Of a DNA stretch of 64,000 nt, positions 41,908-50,702 are shown piece after piece. The notes under the pieces were generated by a model, which ran no database searches, was not told the origin of the DNA, and saw nothing but the letters and a program-made list of their open reading frames with translations. Every line of letters begins with the position of its first letter. Position 1 is the first letter of the stretch. Source of the stretch: Acidimicrobiales bacterium (GTDB taxonomy: Bacteria > Actinomycetota > Acidimicrobiia > Acidimicrobiales > SZUA-35); assembly GCA_024638815.1 (NCBI GenBank), contig JAHEJM010000007.1, forward strand, positions 12,961-76,960. The letters are read 5' to 3'. Made by a program: the position numbers and the translations under genes.

Positions 41908-43022
41908 ACCGATGCTTCGGGAATTGCCTCGAGACGTTCCTTGGGAATGATGTCGTCTCCGGCCAGGCACATGCCGTAGGTGCCATTGTCGAGCCGTTGC
42001 AGTGCGGCGTCGATCTCGGCCACGGACTGACGGGCCGCCGCCGACAACGCAAGGTCACGGTCCCGCTCCACGGCGATGGTGTCGCCCTCGCCCGACTCCT
42101 CGTCGAACTGCACGTCTCCTGGCTCCCGATCGGCCATCAGCGCCGCAGCCTCGGCCGCCAGGCGGTCGGCACTCGTGGTGTAGTTCGCCCGCTCCGCCAG
42201 CAGTGCCTCACGCTGCTTCTGAAGCCATTTGGCATCGTGGAGGTACTTGTAGCTCTTGGGGATGGTCCGCTCGGAAGGATTGGTGGGGGTGGGGGACTTG
42301 CTCAACGCTGACCTCGATGTTCCGCTTTTCGATCTGGTGGTTTTCGTCGCTTGTTTCTTCGCTATGCGCTTGCCCGTGGTTGACTTCGTGGCCTTCTTCG
42401 TCGTGGATTTTCGGGACAGGGTTCTTTCCGTCGCCTTCCTTGTCCCAGACTTCCTGGTGCCCGCTTTGACCGTTTTTCTGGCCGGAGCCTTCTCGGCGGG
42501 CGCCTTCTTGGTCGCAGCCTTCTTGGCCGCAGCCCTCTTGGTGGCCTTCTTGGCTGGAGCCTTCTTGGTGGTCTTCTTGGCCGCAGCCTTCTTGGCTGGA
42601 GCCTTCTTGGTGGTCTTCTTGGCCGCAGCCTTCTTGGTGGTCTTCTTGGCTGGAGCCTTCTTGGTGGCCTTCTTGGCCGCAGCCCTCTTGGCGGTCTTCT
42701 TGGCTGGAGCCTTCTTGGTGGTCTTCTTGGCTGGAGCCTTCTTGGTGGCCTTCTTGCCCGGAGCCCTCTTGGTGGCCTTCTCGGCTGCGGCCTTCCCGGA
42801 AGTCTTCTTCATGGTCTTCTTCGCTGCGGCCTTCCCGGAAGTCTTCTTCGTGGTCTTCTTCGCTGCGGACTTCTTGGCCGGAGCCTTCTTGGTGGCCTTC
42901 TTGGCTGGAGCCTCCTTGGCCGCAGCCTTCTTGGCCGGAGCCCTCTTGGTGGTCTTCTTGGCTGCGGCCTTCCCGGAAGTCTTCTTCGTGGTCTTCTTCG
43001 CCTGCGCCTTTTTGGTAGCCAC
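41877..43022 (-). CDS. DksA/TraR-family protein with a ~245-aa N-terminal Lys/Ala/Thr-rich histone-H1-like repeat domain
   Basis: The N-terminus is dozens of (T/A)KKAPAKK(A/T) and KKTSGKAAA units. The C-terminal ~130 aa (...[15 protein letters not shown]...[42 protein letters not shown]) match the DksA/TraR coiled-coil plus zinc-finger region, but only 2 of the 4 Cys are present. The third codon position is GC-rich on this strand. Confidence 0.75.
   Translation of the reverse strand: MATKKAQAKKTTKKTSGKAAAKKTTKRAPAKKAAAKEAPAKKATKKAPAKKSAAKKTTKKTSGKAAAKKTMKKTSGKAAAEKATKRAPGKKATKKAPAKKTTKKAPAKKTAKRAAAKKATKKAPAKKTTKKAAAKKTTKKAPAKKAAAKKTTKKAPAKKATKRAAAKKAATKKAPAEKAPARKTVKAGTRKSGTRKATERTLSRKSTTKKATKSTTGKRIAKKQATKTTRSKSGTSRSALSKSPTPTNPSERTIPKSYKYLHDAKWLQKQREALLAERANYTTSADRLAAEAAALMADREPGDVQFDEESGEGDTIAVERDRDLALSAAARQSVAEIDAALQRLDNGTYGMCLAGDDIIPKERLEAIPEASVCVKHKTSMF
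42470..43010. repeat. imperfect coding tandem repeats (12-15-nt basic unit, 42-nt higher-order units) encoding the Lys/Ala-rich domain
   Basis: The unit GGCTGGAGCCTTCTTGGTGGTCTTCTTGGCCGCAGCCTTCTT recurs at ~42551 and ~42593. The unit GCTGCGGCCTTCCCGGAAGTCTTCTTC(A/G)TGGTCTTCTTC recurs at ~42783, ~42825 and ~42960. Confidence 0.85.
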
Positions 43023-43254
43023 CGTGTGCTGCCTTCCCTGTCAACGTGTAGGGCCGAAACCCGGCTCGCCAATCCGGAGTTGCCGCTCGAGCGACATGCT
43101 GCTGTTCGAATCGAGGACGACCGGACCCGGCGACTGAGTCGGCGTAGTATAAACCCCAGTTCAGGGCATAACAACATCGGACCGGTCCTTGATGGGCCCC
43201 GAGCGTCGTTGATATCCGGGCTCGCAGCCCCGATGAGGAAGGTATCGTGAGCGT

Positions 43255-46200
43255 ATGGTCTCCGTGAGTTCATCCCCATACCCGAACGTCCCGTCTCGCC
43301 CCGACTTCCCGGAAATCGAGCGGGCGATTCTGGACCGTTGGGAGCGGGATGGCACCTTCGAAGCATCGGTCGACGCCCGTCCACCGGAGTCGGAGGGGGG
43401 CGAACAGTACGTCTTCAACGACGGCCCACCGTTTGCGAACGGGCTGCCCCACTACGGGCACCTGTTGACCGGCTACGTCAAGGATGTCATCCCCCGATTC
43501 CAGACCATGCGGGGCAATCGGGTCGAGCGACGATTCGGCTGGGACTGCCACGGCCTACCGGCTGAAATGGAGACCGAGGGCGAACTCGGCATTCGCGGGC
43601 GTAAGGCCATCGAGGCTTACGGCATCGACCGGTTCAACGATGCCTGCCGCACATCGGTACTCCGGTACACGAAGGAATGGCAGGCCTACGTGACCCGCCA
43701 AGCTCGGTGGGTCGACTTCGACGATGACTACAAGACCATGGACCTCGACTACATGGAGTCGGTCATCTGGGCGTTCAAACAGCTCTGGGACAAGGGTCTG
43801 GTCTACGAGGCGTACCGGGTCATGCCGTATTCATGGGGGGCCGAGACCCCACTCTCCAACTTCGAAATCCGCCTCGATGACGCAACCCGACCCCGTCAGG
43901 ACCCGGCGGTCACCATCGCCTTCACGCTGGAGCCCGAGGACGGCGACCCCGGCCCTCTCCATCTACTGGCATGGACCACGACGCCGTGGACCCTCCCGTC
44001 CAACCTGGCGTTGGCCGTCGGCCCCGAAATCACCTACGTCGCAGTCCGAGCCTCGTCGTCGAATCCCGGCGCCGAACTGGGGGGTACGGTCGTTCTGGCC
44101 GAGCCGGCATTGGAACGCTATCGCAACGAGCTACACACCTCGGACGGCGACCCCGATGCCCAGCTCGACGTGGTGGCCCGCTTTTCCGGTGCCGATCTCG
44201 TCGAGCGTCGTTACGAGCCGCTATTCCCCTACTTCGCTCATCACGAGAACTCGTTCCGGGTGTTGGCCGGAGACTTCATCGACACCGCCGAGGGAACGGG
44301 TGTGGTCCATATGGCCCCCGGTTTCGGCGAGGACGACCAGCGGGTGTGTGAGGCGGCCGGTATCGAACTGGTGGTGCCGGTCAACGAGGAGGGTCGCTTC
44401 ACCGACAAGGTTGCGGACTTCGCCGGACTGAACGTGTTCGATGCCAATTCCGAGGTGATCACCTGGCTCAAACACCGTCATCGGGTGCTTCGCCACGACA
44501 CCTACGACCACAACTATCCCCACTGCTGGCGCACCGACACCCCCATCATCTACCGCGCCATCAGTTCGTGGTACGTCAAGGTGACCGACATCCAGGATCG
44601 TCTCCTCGCCGCCAACCAGAAGGTCAACTGGATCCCCGAGCATGTCCGGGACGGCCAGTTCGGCAAGTGGCTTGAAGGGGCCAGGGACTGGTCGATCAGC
44701 CGAAACAGGTTCTGGGGCTCCCCCATCCCCATCTGGATGAGCGACAGTCCCGAGCATCCACGGGTTGACGTGTACGGCAGCCTCGATGAACTGGAGGCCG
44801 ATTTCGGCGTCCGGCCGACCGACCTGCATCGGCCCTACATCGACGAACTGGTTCGGCCCAATCCCGACGATCCGACCGGTGAGTCGATGATGCGGCGGGT
44901 TCCCGAGGTGCTTGACTGCTGGTTCGAGTCCGGCTCGATGCCCTATGCCCAGCTCCATTATCCGTTCGAGAATGTGGAACGGTTCGAGAACCACAACCCC
45001 GCCGATTTCATCGTGGAGTACATCGCTCAGACTCGAGGCTGGTTCTACACCATGCACGTGCTGTCGGTGGCGCTGTTCGACAAGCCGGCGTTCGCCAACG
45101 TGATCTGTCACGGTGTCGTGTTGGATGAGGACGGCCAGAAGCTGTCCAAACGACTTCGCAACTACCCCGATCCACTCGAGCTGTTCGAAACCGTCGGTTC
45201 CGACGCGTTGCGGTGGCACCTCATGAGTTCGCCCATCCTGCGAGGTCTCGACCTGCGCATCGCCAAGGACGGGTCGGACGTACGGGAGGTGGTGCGCCGG
45301 GTCCTGAACCCGATCTGGAGCACCTACAGCTTCTTCACGCTCTATGCCAACGCCGACGGGTACCGGGCTCGATGGCGCACCGACTCCCCCCATCTGCTGG
45401 ATCGCTACATCCTGGCCAAGGGTCATGAGTTGGTGGACGATGTCACCGAGCAGTTCGACAACTATGATTTGGCCGGCGCGGCCGCCACCATCCAGGGCTT
45501 TCTCGATGCCTTGACCAATTGGTATGTCCGTCGCAGCCGGGAACGGTTCTGGAACACCACCGCCGACGGAGGGACCGGCCGGGTCGACAGCGACGCCCTC
45601 GACACGCTCTACACCGTACTGCAGACGCTGTGCAAGGTGGGAGCCCCACTGCTTCCATTCGTGACCGAGGAGATCTGGCATGGACTGACCGGCGGTCGGT
45701 CCAGCGTGCACCTTCAGGACTGGCCGGACGGGGACGAGCTACCCACCGACCATGAGTTGGTGTCGGCCATGGATCAACTGCGGGATGCGGCATCGGCGGC
45801 GTTGTCGCTCCGGGACGCCAGTGGGCTCCGCATTCGACTACCCCTGGCCGGGGCGACGTTGGCCGGTGAGCACGTCGACGAACTCAAGCCCTTCGCCGAC
45901 CTTCTGGCCGACGAGATCAATGTCAAGCACATCGAGTTCACCGCCGATGTCGAGGCCTTCGGCAGCTTTCGGCTTCAGCCCAACGGCCGGGTACTCGGAC
46001 CGCGCCTGGGACCCGATGTCCAGAAGGTCATCAAGGAAGCCAAGGCCGGCAACTGGACCGCCAACCCCGATGGATCCGTCACGGTTGCCGATCAACTGCT
46101 CAAACCCGACGAGTTCGATCTACGTCTGGTGCCACTGGATGGCGTCACCGCCACCGCCCTGCCCGGCAACCGGGCGGTGGTGGCCCTCGACACCGTGTTG

Positions 46201-46473
46201 ACGCCCGAGCTGGAGGCCGAGGGCATGGCCCGGGATCTGGTCCGAGCCATCCAACAGGAGCGCAAGAATCGGGATCTCGAGGTCACCGATCGGATCACCT
46301 TGACCTTGGCCGTACCCGAGGCACTTCGAAAACGACTTTATCCCCATCTCGACTGGGTGGCCGGTCAGGTGCTGGCCATCGGAGTCGACTACGACGACTC
46401 CGCTCACGCAACAACGGCCCGCATCGGCGGGCACGACGTCGGCATGGACTTCACGCCGTCGACGGCCGACTAG
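43255..46473 (+). CDS. ileS: isoleucine--tRNA ligase (eukaryote-like type 2)
   Basis: The HIGH region is PPFANGLPHYGHLL, the KMSKS region is KLSKRLRNYPDP, and a CP1 editing domain is present. Length is 1072 aa. GAGGAAGG lies 12 nt upstream of the ATG. Confidence 0.95.
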   Translation: MVSVSSSPYPNVPSRPDFPEIERAILDRWERDGTFEASVDARPPESEGGEQYVFNDGPPFANGLPHYGHLLTGYVKDVIPRFQTMRGNRVERRFGWDCHGLPAEMETEGELGIRGRKAIEAYGIDRFNDACRTSVLRYTKEWQAYVTRQARWVDFDDDYKTMDLDYMESVIWAFKQLWDKGLVYEAYRVMPYSWGAETPLSNFEIRLDDATRPRQDPAVTIAFTLEPEDGDPGPLHLLAWTTTPWTLPSNLALAVGPEITYVAVRASSSNPGAELGGTVVLAEPALERYRNELHTSDGDPDAQLDVVARFSGADLVERRYEPLFPYFAHHENSFRVLAGDFIDTAEGTGVVHMAPGFGEDDQRVCEAAGIELVVPVNEEGRFTDKVADFAGLNVFDANSEVITWLKHRHRVLRHDTYDHNYPHCWRTDTPIIYRAISSWYVKVTDIQDRLLAANQKVNWIPEHVRDGQFGKWLEGARDWSISRNRFWGSPIPIWMSDSPEHPRVDVYGSLDELEADFGVRPTDLHRPYIDELVRPNPDDPTGESMMRRVPEVLDCWFESGSMPYAQLHYPFENVERFENHNPADFIVEYIAQTRGWFYTMHVLSVALFDKPAFANVICHGVVLDEDGQKLSKRLRNYPDPLELFETVGSDALRWHLMSSPILRGLDLRIAKDGSDVREVVRRVLNPIWSTYSFFTLYANADGYRARWRTDSPHLLDRYILAKGHELVDDVTEQFDNYDLAGAAATIQGFLDALTNWYVRRSRERFWNTTADGGTGRVDSDALDTLYTVLQTLCKVGAPLLPFVTEEIWHGLTGGRSSVHLQDWPDGDELPTDHELVSAMDQLRDAASAALSLRDASGLRIRLPLAGATLAGEHVDELKPFADLLADEINVKHIEFTADVEAFGSFRLQPNGRVLGPRLGPDVQKVIKEAKAGNWTANPDGSVTVADQLLKPDEFDLRLVPLDGVTATALPGNRAVVALDTVLTPELEAEGMARDLVRAIQQERKNRDLEVTDRITLTLAVPEALRKRLYPHLDWVAGQVLAIGVDYDDSAHATTARIGGHDVGMDFTPSTAD

Positions 46474-46554
46474 CTTTCGCCCGGTCGCTCGCGTAGTCAG
46501 GTTCTGTCAACGGTCGGCGAGGTCCTGGCCCCGGCCGGCCCTGTGGCCACCGTT

Positions 46555-46580
46555 GCCGTCGGCCGCCCCGCGGCGACGGC
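46555..46580. terminator. GC-rich hairpin in the convergent ileS/divIVA gap (candidate bidirectional terminator)
   Basis: GCCGTCG-(g)-CCGC-ccc-GCGG-CGACGGC gives 11 bp with one bulge. It is 11 nt after the divIVA-like stop and 82 nt after the ileS stop. Confidence 0.45.
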
Positions 46581-46591
46581 CAGGCCCTCCG

Positions 46592-47905
46592 CTAGCGGCG
46601 TCGACCGAACCAGCCGCCTCCGCCCCGATCAGGCTTGTTGTCGAAGAAGTCGGAGATGGCGTCGTCGGTGTCGGCGTCCTCGCTGGTGGCGCGGCGGAGC
46701 TCTTCGAGGAACGGATCACCGGATTCGTCCGTCTCCTCGCCCGGTTGACCGTTTTGCCCGGCCCCGGGAACCGGGGGCGGAGGAACGACCTGGGTGTCCA
46801 CTCCCAGTTGCGGATCGTCAGGACCCGGTTCCGGTGGTTGACCCTGGTCGACGTCGGCTGGAGCCGGCACCGGCTGGGCTTCCGACTCCACCTCCATCTC
46901 GGTCTCGTCGAGCACGAGAATCGAATCACTGGTGTTGACGGCCTGGACGGCAATACCGTCATCGAGATCGAGGTCGACTCCCTCGTCCATGTCGGCCTCG
47001 GGGTCCGGGGCGAGCACGTCCAGGTCGGCCGCTTCGACCACATCGGCGGTCGGCGCCGTGGTTTCAGCCGCAACCCTGGCCTCATCCTCGAGTTCACTGA
47101 GGGCGACGACCTCGACGGCGATCGGCGGGTAGTCGCCGGCGTTGAACTCCTTGAGCTCGGCCGGCTCGATTCCGTTGTTTCGCCGTAGACGCTGCGGGTC
47201 GTCCAGCGCAGCCGTGATCTCCTCCATCGCGGCGCGGACCTCTGCGTTGCGCCGGGCCAAATGTTGTTCGAACCGCTCCACATCAGCCTGAAGCAGCCGA
47301 TGGGTCTCCTCCAGCTCCGTGATCTGGCTGACCAACTTGGAGCGCTCCGCCTCATGGGCTTCGGCCAGTTCGGACTCCACCGATTCCAGCCGGGCGCGGG
47401 CCTCGTCCTTGGCTTCATCCAGCAACCGGGCCCGTTCGGCCGCAGCCTCGGCCATCAGTCGCTCCCGATAGGCCACCGCCTCGGTGGTCAACTCAGCCGC
47501 CTGATCCCTGGCATCGGCCAACATGGCATTGGACTGGAACTCGGCCTCGGTCCGAAGACGCTCCGCTTCCTCCTTGGCCTCCCGCACCGTCGTGTCGGCC
47601 TGGCGCTGCGCCGATACCAGCGTGTTCCGCAGGGTCTCGTCGAAGTCCGGCTGGGGAGCCGGCGGCATGTCGGGGGCACCGTGCTGGGCCGGACTGCGGG
47701 CTTCGACCAACCGGGCCTCGGCCGATGCCGCCCTGTTCTCGGACTCGGAAAGCCGGTTTTGCAGCCGCTCGATCTCGTCGGCCAGAGGAGCAAGATTGGC
47801 CAGAACACGGTCGACCTGGTCCTTGCTGTAGCCCCTCGGCTCTTCCTCGAATCGGATATCGGGGATGCGTCGGAGCAGTCGCAACTTGTCGCTTTGCAGA
47901 GGCAT
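46592..47905 (-). CDS. divIVA: DivIVA-domain cell-pole/division protein (Wag31-like, extended)
   Basis: The N-terminus is MPL....FEEEPRGYSKDQVDRVLANLAPLADEIERLQ (DivIVA motif RGY..d.VD.fL). It is followed by long coiled coils rich in A/E/R and an acidic Pro-rich tail. The position after ylmG is syntenic. Confidence 0.8.
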   Translation of the reverse strand: MPLQSDKLRLLRRIPDIRFEEEPRGYSKDQVDRVLANLAPLADEIERLQNRLSESENRAASAEARLVEARSPAQHGAPDMPPAPQPDFDETLRNTLVSAQRQADTTVREAKEEAERLRTEAEFQSNAMLADARDQAAELTTEAVAYRERLMAEAAAERARLLDEAKDEARARLESVESELAEAHEAERSKLVSQITELEETHRLLQADVERFEQHLARRNAEVRAAMEEITAALDDPQRLRRNNGIEPAELKEFNAGDYPPIAVEVVALSELEDEARVAAETTAPTADVVEAADLDVLAPDPEADMDEGVDLDLDDGIAVQAVNTSDSILVLDETEMEVESEAQPVPAPADVDQGQPPEPGPDDPQLGVDTQVVPPPPVPGAGQNGQPGEETDESGDPFLEELRRATSEDADTDDAISDFFDNKPDRGGGGWFGRRR

Positions 47906-48041
47906 TGGCCCAGGTTAACCCACCCAACGCTCGAACTCCACGACTACAACGACAACCATCGTCAATTGCCGTGCATCAGCCCCCGACGGTGCTGGTGCGG
48001 GACGGTTTGGCCATCGCCGACGCCGATGCGGGCGGCGGTGG

Positions 48042-48302
48042 TCAGCACACGATCTGAATGATCACCTGCAGTGCGATCAGCACCAGTAACTCGGCGATAC
48101 CGAAACCGCCGAGGGCGCCGGGCAACGGTGGAACGGCCTTGCGGACGGGCAGGACCACCGGCTCGGTCAGGGCAACCGACAATGAGCGGGCGCCGCCCCA
48201 CAAAGAATCGCTTTGGATGGGGAAAAACGAGAGCACCAGCCGGAGGAGAAACACGAACTCGAACAGCAGGATTGGAATGCAGAGAATGTCACCGAGTGCC
48301 AT
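48042..48302 (-). CDS. YggT/YlmG-family membrane protein
   Basis: An 86-aa two-TM protein with LLRLVLSFFP...LTEPVVLPVRKAVPPL, matching YggT. It lies between sepF and divIVA. Confidence 0.8.
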   Translation of the reverse strand: MALGDILCIPILLFEFVFLLRLVLSFFPIQSDSLWGGARSLSVALTEPVVLPVRKAVPPLPGALGGFGIAELLVLIALQVIIQIVC

Positions 48303-48306
48303 GAGG

Positions 48307-49074
48307 CTACCTAGCGTAGCCTCGCTGCTCGATTCGCAGTCGATCGGATTCCGAGACCTCGATGCCTTCCGGGGTCAACAGGAACACCTGGGCCGCCAAC
48401 TTCTCCATGCTGCCGTCGAGGGCGTAGCACACCCCGCTGGCGAAGTCGATCAGACGCCGGGCCAGATCACGATCAAGGCCCTGGAGATTCAACACGATCG
48501 GGGTGCCGAACTTGAAATCGTCGCCGATGGTCTTGGCATCGGCGAAGGATTCCGGCGACACCGTCTTGGGGCGGGTACGTGCCGAATCGATCGAACGCAC
48601 GACGGCTCCTTGCTCATTGGTCTCGGGCTCGTGACCCGCTGGCTCATCTATTCCCGACCCGGCGCTGCCGGCCCCGTGGGCGTCGCCGCCGCTTCGTTCA
48701 TCGGCCAAGGTCGACGCCGACGAGGAACGGGACGTCCTGCCCCGGATGTTCTCTCCCGAGGCGACGTTCACGGCGCCATCGGATTCCCCCTCGGGACCCC
48801 CCAGGTCGTCTCCGTCCGGGGACCGCAGTCGTGGCGAGGTCTTGCTTCGGTTGGTGACTGCCCCATGATCAACCGTGCTTTGAGCCTGGCGACCTCCCGG
48901 TCCGCCGCGCCCGGTGGCCACCGCACCGGATTGGGCGAACTCACGAGTGGTGCCCCTGTCCCGGGACGGCCGATCGATGTCAGGGCGGTCACCGTAGTCG
49001 TCAAGATATCGGTTCTCGTAATCTTCGTCGGGTCCCAGTCCCACATAGGCCCGCAAAGCACGCAACAGTGACAT
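48307..49074 (-). CDS. sepF: cell division protein SepF
   Basis: The N-terminal amphipathic helix is MSLLRALRAYVGLGP. The C-terminal domain is FADAKTIGDDFKFGTPIVLNLQGLDRDLARRLIDFASGVCYALDGSMEKLAAQVFLLTP. The start is placed at the ATG at 49074; the track ORF begins 40 codons upstream. Confidence 0.8.
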   Translation of the reverse strand: MSLLRALRAYVGLGPDEDYENRYLDDYGDRPDIDRPSRDRGTTREFAQSGAVATGRGGPGGRQAQSTVDHGAVTNRSKTSPRLRSPDGDDLGGPEGESDGAVNVASGENIRGRTSRSSSASTLADERSGGDAHGAGSAGSGIDEPAGHEPETNEQGAVVRSIDSARTRPKTVSPESFADAKTIGDDFKFGTPIVLNLQGLDRDLARRLIDFASGVCYALDGSMEKLAAQVFLLTPEGIEVSESDRLRIEQRGYAR

Positions 49075-49218
49075 CGAACTCTCCTTCGGACCGATTCTAG
49101 TGCAGCCGGACAACGGTTGGCGTTGACCGGCCGCCTCCTGCTTGATCGCCGAGTGATACCGGCAATCGGGGATCGTGGCCACGGTCGCCATCACGATCGC
49201 CGGCGGAGCGGGGCATGA

Positions 49219-49920
49219 TCATGACCGCCGAGGCCCGAAGAGAGACGACCCGATACGAACGATGGTGCTGCCGACCTCGACAGCCGGCTCGTAATCTCCA
49301 CTCATGCCCATCGATCGATGAGGCAACTCGAGCCGGTCGGCCAGCGCCACCAGTTGCTCGAAGGCGGGACGAGGATCCTGACCACCGGTCGGTCCAATCG
49401 TCATCAGCCCCTCGATACGCAGCCCGAGTGACCGGCCGTGCTCCACCAGCTGGGCCGCCTCCACCGGCCGACAACCCGACTTGTGCTCCTCATCGGTGGT
49501 GTTGACCTGGATGAGGACCCGCTCCCCGGTGGGATCGACGCTTCGGTTGGCGATCTCGTTCAACAGCTTCATGCGATCGACGGTTTCCCACACCGTCACC
49601 TTGCCGACCAGAAGCTTGACCTTGTTGCGCTGGAGTCCACCGATGAAGTGCCAGTCCGGAGAGAGGCCCTGAGCAGTGGCGGCGTCGGCCTTCGCCACCA
49701 GGTCCTGGGCGTAGTTCTCCCCCAGCATGGTCAGGCCGGCCGAGAGGGCCCTTTCGGTCAGCGCGGGGGGAAAGGTCTTGGTCACCCCGACGATGCCCAC
49801 GTCCCGACCACCGGCGACCGTCTCGATCCGGTTCCGGATCTCGACCAGGCGACTGCGGATGAGCTCGACCGTTGGGAGGTCGTCCACGGCTCCCCCACCC
49901 ATCTCGGTGGCCGGCGTCAC
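49219..49920 (-). CDS. YggS/YlmE-family pyridoxal-5'-phosphate homeostasis protein
   Basis: VGVTKTFPPALTERALSAGLTMLGENYAQDLVAK ... WHFIGGLQRNKVK ... MGMSGDYEPAVEVGSTIVRIGSSLFG. Confidence 0.85.
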   Translation of the reverse strand: MTPATEMGGGAVDDLPTVELIRSRLVEIRNRIETVAGGRDVGIVGVTKTFPPALTERALSAGLTMLGENYAQDLVAKADAATAQGLSPDWHFIGGLQRNKVKLLVGKVTVWETVDRMKLLNEIANRSVDPTGERVLIQVNTTDEEHKSGCRPVEAAQLVEHGRSLGLRIEGLMTIGPTGGQDPRPAFEQLVALADRLELPHRSMGMSGDYEPAVEVGSTIVRIGSSLFGPRRS

Positions 49921-50648
49921 GACGAGGCCCCCGCGGTCACTCCGGACTCGACCCCGTCCATCTCACGGCCGCCGGCGACCGGCCGGAGCCACGCCACCGT
50001 GGCCAGGCGAGCCTGATCAGCCCGTATGCGGTGGCTGAAGAACCGATCATCGCTGGTGCACGGCCCAGGCTCGGGACGGGGCCATCTCGCCGACCGGCAG
50101 GCCAGTCCCACCGCAGTCGGCATGTCCAGCGCCGGAGTGCCGGTCTCGGTCCGGGACACAACGGCCCGGCCGTATCGTTCGACCACCGAGCTCAGCTCCC
50201 GGGGTCCGAACTCGTAATGATCGGGATGAATACACGGACCGAGCAGGGTCGTCACCGGTTCACCACCGAGACGGCGCAGGGTCTCGCCGCCCTGTTCAAC
50301 GATGCCGGCCACGAGGCCTCGCCAACCGACATGGAGGACGGCAAGGCCCCATTCGGCCACAAGGACCACGGGAGCGCAGTCGGCGGTGGTGACCGCCACC
50401 GGACAGTCGGATGCGGTGGTGATCAGACCGTCGGCCTCCTCCCCCGCCACCTCACCGGCACGGGTCACTATGCGGATACCGTTGCCGTGGACCTGACGAA
50501 TCCAGTTCCACGGCTCATCCACGAGTTGGCGCCGCCGCAGCTCCAGGTCCGGAACGGGATCGAGAATACGGAAATCGCCGTCATCGGAGTCGGTGAAGAC
50601 CACATGGGCGATCCCGCCGGTCACGGGGATGTCGTGCCTCTCGGCCAC
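49917..50648 (-). CDS. pgeF: YlmD/YfiH (PgeF) laccase-domain / peptidoglycan editing factor family protein
   Basis: TADCAPV ... HVGWRGLVAGIVE ... GPCIHPDHYEFG ... CTSDDRFFSHR. Confidence 0.8.
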   Translation of the reverse strand: MAERHDIPVTGGIAHVVFTDSDDGDFRILDPVPDLELRRRQLVDEPWNWIRQVHGNGIRIVTRAGEVAGEEADGLITTASDCPVAVTTADCAPVVLVAEWGLAVLHVGWRGLVAGIVEQGGETLRRLGGEPVTTLLGPCIHPDHYEFGPRELSSVVERYGRAVVSRTETGTPALDMPTAVGLACRSARWPRPEPGPCTSDDRFFSHRIRADQARLATVAWLRPVAGGREMDGVESGVTAGASS

Positions 50649-50702
50649 GGTCGTTCCTACTGCCGAATCAGACAGTCGGGGCCCACGTTGCCCGACATGG
50701 CA

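Noticed and set aside
42470-43010. Whether the tandem repeat array might be a CRISPR array or a mobile-element repeat.
   Set aside because: The repeats are contiguous with no unique spacers, are in-frame coding sequence for a Lys/Ala-rich domain, and have no cas genes or transposase nearby.
42256-43137. A + strand ORF translating to a hydrophobic repeat ([23 protein letters not shown]...) that looks superficially like a multi-TM protein, and the alternative minus frame 42208-43044 ([11 protein letters not shown] repeats).
   Set aside because: Both are mirror or frame-shifted readings of the Lys/Ala coding repeats. Only the 41877-43022 frame runs continuously into a recognisable DksA/TraR C-terminal domain, has GC-rich third codon positions (GCC AAG AAG) and fits the conserved synteny.
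43023-43254. A possible T-box riboswitch leader upstream of ileS. Actinobacterial ileS genes are known to carry translational T-boxes.
   Set aside because: I could not find the conserved T-box sequence (..GGUGGNACCGCG.. type with a UGGN bulge) or a convincing Stem I/specifier loop. The only AUC in a plausible place (43171-43173) lies in the stem of a small hairpin around the palindrome GGACCGGTCC (43174-43183). An Rfam T-box covariance-model scan would settle this. It remains unsupported here.
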